Below, in pieces: positions 1-10,378 of a DNA stretch of 64,000 nucleotides. Both the position numbers and the translations under genes were made by a program. Numbering within the stretch: position 1 is the first letter of the stretch; every line of letters starts with the position of its first letter. The DNA comes from Craspedostauros australis (Eukaryota): assembly GCA_030167865.1 (NCBI GenBank), contig JALAGF010004161.1:1-64000 (forward strand), given 5' to 3'. The notes beneath the pieces were generated by a model. It was not told the DNA's origin, ran no database searches, and saw only the letters and a list, made by a program, of their open reading frames with translations.

Positions 1-1770
1 CCATCCAACAGCACCAGCTTGATCGCGACACGTGGTGGGAACTGGCAGTTCGTGCACGGCATCAACAACGGAATCTTCCTCCTCAAGAGCAACGAATGGT
101 CGCTGCAGCATTGCTTCGACATCTTCACCGCCAAGTATGCGTACACCCGCTTCCTCGGCCGCACCCTCATCGACCAGCCGCTCCAGATGTCCGTGCTGCT
201 TGCTCAGAACGAGCTGCAGTGGCCGCCAAAGACGGAGCTGGAACGTGGCGCGCATGTCACCATCGTTCCCAAGCGCACCATGAACTCTTTCCGACGCGAG
301 CATTCCTTCAGCAGCGCAGACGAGAAGGAGGACGGCCAATGGCAACACGGCGACTTCATCGCTCATTTCGCGTCAGGAAAGAAGTACTCCTTGATGCTGG
401 ACCTTCTTGAAGAGGAGGGCCTCGCGAGTGAGATCCCGCCCGTTGAGGAACGATTCTCTTTCCCTCTCCCAGCCAAGGGCAAGGCATCGCGCACAGGACA
501 CTGCTGGTGCAACCACGCAGCTGGAAACTCCATCAACGGTGAAAACGAGCTTGACACGCCATCCAGCAGCGTCAGCTGCCTGCCATCGTACCACGTTGTC
601 GGTGTTCACAAGGCCGGTACCAAGTCCATCCTGCGGTACTTGAGCGGACATCCAGGTCTGGCGAGCACAGGGTACATCGAGGATCCAACCCGATGGCTGA
701 CGGAGAAGACCATGAAGGTGGAAGAAGAGCAATGCGCTGCGATGGCAAAGACAGCCGCGCCACACACTCCCAGCTTCCTCCAGAAACCAAGAACGAGGGT
801 CGTGTCCACATGCAGCTTCGATGACTACGCCTTGCTCAACGGCCAGGTATCCAACGGTGTCTGCTCCAGCCCCGCTTCCGCTTTTGCTCCCGCATCTGCT
901 GCTGCTGCCACAGCTGATTCTGGTGTTGGTGGTAGTGACGAAGACCTTGCCGTCTCCGCGGTTCCGTACTTCCCAGAGGAGGAGAAGCCGCTGTTCGATG
1001 AGATGAACATCTGGGACCACAGCTTTGACAAGATCCGCGGCGTGTCGCTACCAGAAGTTTTCCACCGCATGCAACCGGAGGCCAATCTTCTGGTCACTGT
1101 CCGCGATTCCGTTGACGTCACCTACTCAGCATACAACCACTTCGGAGTCTTCGCATCTCAAGACAGTGCCAGCACCAGCAATCAAGGCAGCAACAGCAAC
1201 ACCAAGAGCGACGGTGTCCAGAAGGGCCCGGCCCACTTTGACATGTACATCCGCAGCGTCGTTGTCACATGGACGCAGAACGGATGCACGGCCGCGAACT
1301 ATCGCAAGTGCCTGCCAAGCGACATGGTCCAGGCCGGCAGCTGGCTGTCGCGGGCGATGTATTCCAAGGTCTTCTCCGAGTGGTTGTCGCACTTCCAATG
1401 CTCTCAGGTCCATCTCTTTGATGTGTCCGTCGACCCGCGCACCGAGGTGGAACGCCTCTATGACTTCGTCGGCATGCCCAACAAGGCGGCCGCAGAGGAA
1501 GTGACACAGAGCACGTACACACTGCAATCCAACGCAACAGCAGCCGCCTCCTTTGGCGGCCGACGCGACAAGAACCCGATGAACAAGGCCTCGTACGATG
1601 CCATGCTGGATACGACGCGGCAATACCTGAACGAGTTCTACGGCACATTCGACGACGAGATGTGCGATCTGATGATCGAACATCCCTGTTTGGATGTTCC
1701 GCTGTTCCGACGCAAGTGCCAGATGAAGCAGGCCGATGTGTTGGACGGTGTCATGTCTCTGACGACGTGA
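1..1770 (+). CDS. 5'-truncated fusion: GT34 (MNN10/GMA12-like) glycosyltransferase C-terminal half + PAPS-dependent sulfotransferase domain
   Basis: Frame is open from base 1. GT34-like motifs GINNGIFLLKSNEWS, DQ, IVPKRTMNSF and WQHGDFIAHFAS. These are followed by the sulfotransferase 5'-PSB loop GVHKAGTKSILRYLSGHP and the 3'-PB motif VTVRDSVDVTYSAYNHF. Confidence 0.75.
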   Translation, partial: PSNSTSLIATRGGNWQFVHGINNGIFLLKSNEWSLQHCFDIFTAKYAYTRFLGRTLIDQPLQMSVLLAQNELQWPPKTELERGAHVTIVPKRTMNSFRREHSFSSADEKEDGQWQHGDFIAHFASGKKYSLMLDLLEEEGLASEIPPVEERFSFPLPAKGKASRTGHCWCNHAAGNSINGENELDTPSSSVSCLPSYHVVGVHKAGTKSILRYLSGHPGLASTGYIEDPTRWLTEKTMKVEEEQCAAMAKTAAPHTPSFLQKPRTRVVSTCSFDDYALLNGQVSNGVCSSPASAFAPASAAAATADSGVGGSDEDLAVSAVPYFPEEEKPLFDEMNIWDHSFDKIRGVSLPEVFHRMQPEANLLVTVRDSVDVTYSAYNHFGVFASQDSASTSNQGSNSNTKSDGVQKGPAHFDMYIRSVVVTWTQNGCTAANYRKCLPSDMVQAGSWLSRAMYSKVFSEWLSHFQCSQVHLFDVSVDPRTEVERLYDFVGMPNKAAAEEVTQSTYTLQSNATAAASFGGRRDKNPMNKASYDAMLDTTRQYLNEFYGTFDDEMCDLMIEHPCLDVPLFRRKCQMKQADVLDGVMSLTT

Positions 1771-3082
1771 TGGGCCCTGTCTGGGAGAACAAACTATTCT
1801 ACCAAAGAGTGGATGGATCGATGCAGGACCACGAGGAGCAATCACCTGCGTTGCAATTTTCATGGTGACAGCATCAGATCGTAATTATACATGAATACAC
1901 AATGCACACTCCACCCTGTACTATACCAACGATGATGATAACAGTTATAAACTATCATAATATATTCTCATAGAATACTATTCTATTCTATTTTTAATGT
2001 TACCACACAATAATACAAGATCTATATTGCAACACTAATCTTAACATTGAAAGCCCAATCGTATTTTCGTGCACTTTCCTGTGAGATGAAAATAACTTTT
2101 CTGGTCTTTCTTCTTGTTTTTGCGAATGTCGCATGCGACTCACGGACAGTCGTCCAACGCGAAGCGAAAACTCCGGTGTTTGGACACGATGAAATTTGGC
2201 GTCATCCACGACTTTGGGATGGCCGAAGACGGACGGTTGTGGTTGCGGTGTTAGTCCATCGAGTCGGGGTGGTGGATGTGGAATGAAATGATGACGCCAC
2301 CAACAATGTCCGTGTTGTGACTGATGGTTTTCATGCGATGACCTCTTGGGTGGAATTGTGACGATGACATGACACCGGATCAAGTGGCGACATGGGAAGA
2401 AAGGAAGGAAATCGAAGCGCCTCGGCAGCACGAAACGGCCTGGGCAGGGAAGGAGGTTGGGAGAAGTGAGCGGAGAGAGGCGGCAGCGGTGTCCGACTAT
2501 GGCAGTCCAACTCTTCTTGTTTGGCCGACCGAAGACAGGGGGATCCTCTTTGGCGTTCATTGGATGTGTATGCAAGGGCGTCGACGTTTGCTACCATTCA
2601 TTGACTCTCATCCTTAGAGTGCTTCGCCTTGTGCCAGCCGCTGTTAACATCGCGACAGTCATCAACAGTAACAGTGCCGCGAGTCTTCTCGTTTCGTCGC
2701 TGCACCGCAAGACCACAAGATCTTCGCCGAACGCGTTCATCTGAGAGCGAGCACAAGCATAAGCATCGCACCATCGATCTCTGCTTGACTTGTGGAAGGT
2801 TTGTGGACTGATTTGGACTGATTTGCCCAGACCAACCATCAGGGGCGACATCGAAAAGGCCTACTCTGCGCGGTTCGATCATTCGCGGCTTCTCCGGCGA
2901 AGTTTGCACGAAAGGAGGACTTGTCAGTTGTGCGAGTGCCAGGACGAGTGCGAGGACGAGTGCCAGGACGAGTGCGCAAGCCATCGCAACACCACCATCA
3001 CAGTCGGGGGCAGAGCGTCGACAAGCTCGACAGTCTCGCATCTCTCCCAATACTCCAGTGAGAATTGGAGAAAGTCGCCATC

Positions 3083-5325
3083 ATGGACATCAACAATGAC
3101 CAATCCGCACAGCAACAGCAACAGCAGCAGCAGAATGGCACTGCAGGGGCATCCGGTGGAACCCCCGCGGGTGCTTGCATGTCAGACGACGCTCAGAGGA
3201 AACGACGCAACTCCATCCGCGACATTCTGGCGGATGATACCCTGACGGACGCCGAGAAACGCAAGACCATCCAATCGCTGATGGACGGCCGACGACGATC
3301 CTCCAATGGCTCTGCGAGCAGCATGGGCGAGATGGCCCGTGCCGCGGCGGAGGCTGCCGAATTCTACAACAGCGACGCGGAAGGCGACCTCTCCGGCCAC
3401 TACAGGTCAGGAACCACGACGGCGACCTCCTCCGATGGCAGCATCTCCAACCATTCGCACAGGCTGCAAATGCTGGCGGATGCCAACCACGCCATCTCAC
3501 CATCTCGGCATGGCGGTGGCCACCTCAACAACGGCCAGCACAATCCATACAGCTACAACACGGACATGATGGACGTCGCTGCCGGGGGAAATGATCAGAG
3601 CAGCGATGGCAACCAGCAGCAGCGCCGACAGCGTTCCTCCTCCCTCCCGTTATGGAGCGACAACAGCGTCCAGGCCGTGGCGCCATTGGCCGCCGCGTCG
3701 TCCAACATCTGGGACGACCCCATCAACGTCAATCGGCGTATGGAAAAGTCACGTCCCATATGTCATCACTACGAACGCAACTGCACCATCATCAGTCCCT
3801 GCTGCGGGTTGGCATTCGGATGTCGCTTTTGTCACGATGAATGCCCCATACTGCCGCTGCCCTTCAACAAGCGACAGAACACGCAGCAGCAGAAACAGCA
3901 TCACACGCAGGTGGCGTGGACGGAGAACAGCACGTCCTGCGCGCCCAAGCGGAGGCAGGAGAAGCGCCCGTCGCTGCCGCTGGGGTTTGATGAAGAGGAG
4001 ACGCATCATGAAATTGATCGCTTTGCCATACGCGAAGTTATATGTCGATTATGCTACGTGCGGCAACCGAGCAAGACGTGAGTGTTTGACAGTGTACAAT
4101 ATCCAGGCAGCATGTGCGCAAGATGCATTTCCGAAGTCTGCATCAGTGCTTTTTGTTTCGAATACCAACAGGGAGAGGAAATGAGTCACAACAGGATGGT
4201 TCTTGGAAGGAGTTTGTGACAGTATGCCACGTGGGGGATTCATACGGGTGCGGTCACATAATCTGAAACGACCACATCGCGACAGTGGTGGCAACCCCGG
4301 TTGGATTCTTTCGTGGTTCCATGGATTGGAAATTGGCTTGATCTCATCTTGCATGGACAAAATTAACTGGAAACTCGATGTCCTCTGCAACGTTCTCACA
4401 TTTTGTACCCACAAATTAATCCTTGCTGTCTCGACGAATCAATTCTGTTGACATACAACTTCCTACGCCGTTGGGTGCACCGGACGTATGATACGACACG
4501 ACACGATGTCACCTCTGCATCACCCCGCGATTGCATGCAATTGATTCAAAAACACCGTACTCTATGCACATACGTGCACTCTACAGCAACTTTTGCAACA
4601 CATGCCAAGTCCAGTTCGGTGCGTACCACTGCGGCATATGCAACTTGTGGATGTCCGACGAGGAGGATCCGTACCATTGCAGCGAATGTGGATTTTGTCG
4701 TGTTGGCGGCCGCGAGAACTTTCGGCACTGCAACGATTGCGGGATGTGCATCGACATTCAGCTGTTCGACGATCACAACTGCAAGGTGGGCAAGTACATG
4801 TCCAACTGTCCCGTTTGTCAGGAGGACTTGTTCTCCAGCCGCGACGCGTCGCACGAGATGCCGTGCGGGCATGCCATCCACTGGCATTGCTTCCGCGAGC
4901 TGACGAGCTACGACACGCGATGCCCCGTGTGCAAAAAGACGGCCGAAACGCCCGAGCACATGGCACCGACGTGGCAGGCCATGGCCATGGGCATTGCCCT
5001 GCAGCCCGTGCCAGCCGAGTTGGCGCGCGTCGTTACCATCATGTGCAACGATTGCGAGCAGCGCGACGATGATCGGCGGTGGCACTTTCTGGGCGTGCGG
5101 TGTACGAATTGCATGAGCTTCAACACGACGGTCGAGCAGACCACGATGTCGGGACGCGAAGCGGCGGCGTATCTGGATGAGCTGGACCGAACGCGTGGGG
5201 TTGGGGATAACGGCACGGCCGATGGGAGCGCCGGGATGGGTGCCGGCACAGATGCGGACATGCAAGCCACTGATGGTGGCAACTTGAATGCGGAGGCGGA
5301 CGATCCGATGGACGATGATTTGTGA
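3083..5325 (+). CDS. CHY zinc finger/CTCHY/RING E3 ubiquitin ligase (Pirh2/RCHY1-like); exons 3083-4077 and 4587-5325
   Basis: CHHYERNC..PCC..CRFCHDE..HEIDRF (CHY), YHCGICNLW..YHCSECGFCRVG (CTCHY), CPVCQEDL..CGHAIHWHC..CPVC (RING) and the zinc ribbon CNDC..HFLGVRC..C. Intron 4078-4586 (GTGAGT...CTACAG) joins the two ORFs in frame. Confidence 0.92.
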
Positions 5326-5494
5326 TCAGGATGCAAGAGGACGCAGATGATCACAGGCTTCGGGACTCACAGAGTATCGACAACATGTTATGTAACTCTT
5401 CTCTTAGCATTCAACATCAAAGGAGGCACAACACATTTGAGTTGTTCACTAAATGCTTGATGCAATTCTGCTACCACGCACTACAGGTGTCTGT

Positions 5495-6646
5495 CTACTT
5501 GGCATTATCGGCAACAATCTCCTCGAGCTCCTCCAACATTTGCTCGCCCGGATACAGCTTGCCGTTGATCTCCCATGTTGGATATCCCGGAACATCCTTG
5601 ACCTTGCAAAGCTTGGCCTGCGAGTTGATGCCATCCTTGCTGCATTCAACGTAAGGGATATTCGCAAAGGCCTCCTGACCGAACGCCTCCTTCTGATCGA
5701 AGCAATGCGAGCACCAGTACGCGCCGTACATCCTGGCATCCAACGCGGCCAGACCTGTCGACAGTTCCATGGCGCGCTGCGTCGACGTCGTGCGGATGGT
5801 GGGCGGCGAAAACAACGTGACGCCGTCGGCCGTCGTCGTCGAAGATATCGTCGCGGCCGATTGTGAAGCGACGCTGTCATCGACGCTGACGAACAGGACG
5901 ATGGCCGCCATGGTCGTGGCCAAGAAACTGGCGCCGGCGGCGCGAGCACCCAGCTTGGAATTCGGTGGCAGACATCCGCCGAGCCATGCCAGTTTGGCCA
6001 GGATGACCGAGCATGCCGCCGAGAAGACGCAGAAGGGACATTCCTGCTGCAGCACGCCGTACAGCAAGGTCATGAGGAAGATGGAGAATGTGCCCATGGC
6101 GGTCGTCAACGTCGTCAACATGACGCGGTTCTGCGTGTCGTCCGCCGCAGCCGCATCATCGTCCTTGAGGGGACTCAGCGCCAGCGCCGCGACTGTGGCG
6201 TACGCTGCGAATCCGACGGCGGCGAGAGGAATGCCCGTGAACGGGATGTTGGAGTACGGACCGTTGAGCACATCGTTGCAACCGCCAGCCTCGGCGACGG
6301 TGCCGCACAGTGCCACCTGTCCGTTGCCGATCAGCTTGGTGGCAGTGAGGTAGGCAGTCTCGGCGGCACCGGCCAGCGCAACACCCGCCATGACCTTGCG
6401 CAGTTTGGGCAGCCAGATGATGGGCTGTTCCTCATTGTTGTCGATACTCGAATGCAATCGATGGTGGCTGTTGCGCTGCTTGCCAATGCGCATGTGATTG
6501 GCAACGGAGAACGGCGCATGCTGTACTGCAATGTGTCTGGACTCTGTCGTGGCGAATTGCGATGCTGCCGACGAAGCTGGAGCGAAAGCAGCTGCGCCTG
6601 CAGCCGATGTGATCAGCAGCAATGATAGCAACTGCCTGCTGGACAT
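5495..6646 (-). CDS. LTO1: Plastid VKOR-thioredoxin fusion, thylakoid lumen thiol oxidoreductase (LTO1-like)
   Basis: Signal peptide followed by AAAFAP (ASAFAP-type bipartite presequence). VKOR domain ETAYLT..C..GCNDVLNGPYS with TM helices and CPFC. C-terminal Trx-like domain MYGAYWCSHC..YVEC..C..GYPTWEING. Confidence 0.9.
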   Translation of the reverse strand: MSSRQLLSLLLITSAAGAAAFAPASSAASQFATTESRHIAVQHAPFSVANHMRIGKQRNSHHRLHSSIDNNEEQPIIWLPKLRKVMAGVALAGAAETAYLTATKLIGNGQVALCGTVAEAGGCNDVLNGPYSNIPFTGIPLAAVGFAAYATVAALALSPLKDDDAAAADDTQNRVMLTTLTTAMGTFSIFLMTLLYGVLQQECPFCVFSAACSVILAKLAWLGGCLPPNSKLGARAAGASFLATTMAAIVLFVSVDDSVASQSAATISSTTTADGVTLFSPPTIRTTSTQRAMELSTGLAALDARMYGAYWCSHCFDQKEAFGQEAFANIPYVECSKDGINSQAKLCKVKDVPGYPTWEINGKLYPGEQMLEELEEIVADNAK

Positions 6647-7308
6647 GATGGACGTGTTCGAAGAGGAAGCACAAGGAAGTATAATATCAGTTTGGGACCT
6701 CAACTCAACCCGTGGATGGTGGAATAGCAGAGGTGCTATGGAGATGGGAGGAGTGGAGCACGCTGCTTCTTGGTCTGATCTGTCCCTCTGCCTGTCTGCA
6801 CGAGTATTGTTGTCTTTTGTTGGTTGTCGCGGGCCATTTGATTGTGTTCATCGATCCGAAGTGGAACGACATTCAACCACACCAAAGCGTTCGTACACGT
6901 CACAAACACAACCCGCTGTGGGAGTTGCGGTTATTAAATCGAATTAGATGATATTTTGAACAATCGTAAATGGGTCCATGTGGTCAATTTGATTAACATG
7001 ATCAACGTTTTTGTTCCACCAATTCTGCCACCAACGCGAAAACACGATGCGCGACACGTGGGCCAGCAACAACACCGACATCGATTTTGGAGACTGACAA
7101 TGACGACGGCGACCATGTGGCGATGGAAGAGGGAACGGCAACTCATGCGCCACAGCTGCAGTCAGAGTAAAGATCCGTAAGTAGTATCCGCACAACTCAT
7201 TCATTCAGTGTTTCATTTATTCGTCCACTGCACTGACACCCAAGATACCATCACAACAAGCTCAAGCACAAGCCTAAGTACAACAAACGAACGAACTGGA
7301 GAGCAACA

Positions 7309-7794
7309 ATGAAGTCCTCCATCACATTCTCTTGCATCTTGGCCATCGTCTGCGTGTTGCAGCAGCAGCTCATTGCCGTCGCATTCACGATGCAACCACC
7401 GTCGCGCACATCGACCGCCTTGCAGATGGGCATGTTCGATGGATTCAAGAAGGCCTTCTCGAATCAGGAGTACGGACCACCTGCCGAGGCCGTCAAGGCC
7501 ACGGCACGCCACATCCTGGTGCCGACCGAACAGGAGGCCAACGTCGTCATGAAGATGGTGCAATCGGGTGAGGCCACGTTCGAAGAATGCGCGCGCGACT
7601 ATTCGACGTGTCCGTCCTCAGCGCGCGGTGGATCGTTGGGCAGCTTCGCCCCAGGCACCATGGTGGCCGAATTTGATAAGGTCATCTTCAATCCCGAAAC
7701 GGAGATCGGTCAGCTCATGGGGCCGGTGTTGACGGAATTCGGATTTCATGTCATCGTCGTCGATAAGCGATCGGGCGGCGGTGATTGGTATTAG
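7309..7794 (+). CDS. Parvulin (PpiC-type) peptidyl-prolyl isomerase, probably plastid-targeted
   Basis: ATARHILV, FEECARDYSTCPS..RGGSLG.F..G.MVAEFD, GPVLTEFGFHVI. N-terminal signal peptide ends in AVA-F and is followed by a Ser/Thr/Arg-rich transit-like segment. Confidence 0.92.
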   Translation: MKSSITFSCILAIVCVLQQQLIAVAFTMQPPSRTSTALQMGMFDGFKKAFSNQEYGPPAEAVKATARHILVPTEQEANVVMKMVQSGEATFEECARDYSTCPSSARGGSLGSFAPGTMVAEFDKVIFNPETEIGQLMGPVLTEFGFHVIVVDKRSGGGDWY

Positions 7795-10378
7795 GACGCG
7801 CAGTGCGAGTGCTGGTTCGAGGATGAGTTTCTGTGCTATTGCGCTCATCGCAAATGGCGCCAAGGCGACGAAATTCTGCGGGTCGCACGGATGCTTCATG
7901 AATGCGTGAGAGCAATGCGCTATCCACTCTTGCGAAAGGCCAATACACGAACAACGGAGGACGAATGCTCCAAGTGGGAACGATCGGATGGAGAGGATCT
8001 TTGGTGGCCACCAAGATGCTGGCTGCTTCATCGATCCATCTTCCTACTCGTACGATTGCTTGTCTGTCGACACAATCTTGTCGGCTCGAGAGGACAACTG
8101 CCTCTCTTGAGTTCGCGGACTTGCGAAAAATGGCGCGAGCAATGCTGAATATTCCATTCCACAAATATGGACAATGCGCGTGTGCTTGCAGAGTCGTTGC
8201 ATCCTCCAGTCCACAGATCCGTCCCCATTTCTTGTCCAGTATGGTGATGATGATGATAACAATTAATTCTCCATTCACCAGATGTACATACTTGACGATG
8301 GTGGTGGGTGCGAGTAGTGAAGATGGCGCGATAGATGTGCCACATGTGACATTGTATGGCTGCATGCCGCAAAGTGCGATGTTTGTAATTCTCATTCGCA
8401 TTCATTGGGACAACAGGAGCACCCCACGAATAGGTTGGATTGGATCCTCCTCGCTCTTGGGAATCTGATTCACGTTCTTCCAAATGAACATGAGTGAACC
8501 TCACCAGGCGCCTGCAAATGACAACACTTCTCATCGCCCATCCATGCGAGTGCTATTGGGAACCGGTGCAAATGTAGTTCAGCACCATGCCGGTAGAATC
8601 ATCTGAACAAGGTAGAACGCTGCTCGAACCATCCCGTACGCGATAATACTCTACACCTCATAGCTGCCACTCGGCATGAACTACGAGCCATGCACAAGCA
8701 AGATCACGTGTGACAGTTCAGAGTGTTTGTTCCCACTTTCGCAAAACACCAAGACACCAAAAAAGAAACCTCGTCCCACGAGTCGTGCAAGTTGTGTCTT
8801 GTGATGAGTTGCACATGTAAAGGCGAGAACGATAGGCTCACCTCGCGCGGGCACAGCACGTGAAACGTCCTCATTTAACAGAAACGAAGCTGTTCGGCGC
8901 TGTCAAACGTCTTTGCGTCCAATCAAGAACTGCGAACGCCGTTGTTGCTGGCGGGACATCGGGGGAGTTGCCCGGCATTTTGAGTAATTATGTAGGTATA
9001 CAGATTTGAAGTAGAATATTAGTGTCTCCAGATTTTGAATCTGGTGAACATGCGTTGAATCGTTTGAGGCGAACCGCACATAAGCGGTAGTGGACTGGAT
9101 GGGCACACAACGGTGACTTGACGAACATGAAGTGACCGGCCGACTGACCGAATTTGACGTCTGGCCACGGCGCACGCACACAGGTGACGAACGAAAGCAA
9201 CACCGAAAGTTGTGCGCGAAGTGGATTGGCGTTATTTGTCGTGGTTTTCGAACGAGTCAAGCAAACAAAGGCCAATAACGGCATCCGCAACAAGACAAAA
9301 GAGACAGAAGAAGAAGAGCGGAGAGACCACGAAGCGCGAAACAACGGCAACGCCTTTGGCGCTCTGATGCGGTGCAACTCCTACCGCTGCGCTGTTCAAA
9401 CCCTTGAATTTGGTAACAACGCCCCTGCGCCATCGCCATCGCCACCGGTATTTGGGTTTCAAAGGCGCTCCCATCGACAATAACACCAATACCGAGAGAG
9501 CGAGAGAGAGATAGAGAGAGCGAGTGCTTGTCTCCATCAATCAACGCCAACACGCTGCCGACAACAACGACGACAACGACGACAACGGTAAAAGCTATAA
9601 CAGCAACATTCTCAGCAACGGCATCAGCAGCGACAGCGGACCTGAACCCAATTGGCGCGAGACTTGAGTCGGCACGAAGGACACAGAAGCCACCAACCAG
9701 CAACACAAGCACGACAGGCACCACCAAGAATAACCAACGGCAGACCAAGACCAAGATCACATAGGACGAGAAGACAAACGCTTGGGCCTTGTTGTTGTTC
9801 TCTGCTACACTCGCTTCACCGACGGTTTTGGACTCTCGCGACGGCGTTTGTGTGTGCAAGAGATAACCGGCAATTTCCAGCAGACGACGGCACGAATCAA
9901 GTATCCAACCACATACAATTACGATTGGTGGCTGGGCAACCAAGACATCCCACAAAAGCAAAGGCCGACGATTTGAATTTCGAAGCCCCGCACCTGCCTT
10001 CTCTTTGTGAAGTGTCTCTCTGGTCTTGGAGTTGAGCAACGTCTTGCTTGAGAGTCAGCGGTTTGGAGTGTCAAGAGGCGAGAGAGTGTATGGTGTTGTG
10101 CAATCACCATTGTTCACAAGCAAACACAGAGAGGGAAGCACTCAGTCAGTGGATCAATCAGTCTGATACTCTGTCGACCATTCCATCAGCATTTGCATCA
10201 GCATCGGGTTTGGCAAGCAAGGCAGTGTAGCATTCGACGGGCTTCAGGTTACATCACAGAACCAAACGCAAGCAGCGCCCACACCACCAGCGTCAACTGC
10301 AACGTCAGCTGCAACTGTCACAACACCTTCACAATCAGCAGCAGCAGCAGCAACAGGAGCAGCAGAGACAGAGCAACG

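Noticed and set aside
2047-2620. Short ORF with a signal-peptide-like start (MKITFLVFLLVFANVAC) and downstream fragments
   Set aside because: Stops after about 65 codons, and no convincing splice path or family motif was found.
2930-2976. 12-bp tandem repeat GAGTGC(C/G)AGGAC upstream of the CHY-RING gene
   Set aside because: Short low-copy minisatellite with no evidence of function.
9257-10039. 260-aa hydrophobic minus-strand ORF
   Set aside because: Antisense reading of the CAA/ACA-rich leader and GA microsatellite upstream of the 10379 gene; compositional artefact.
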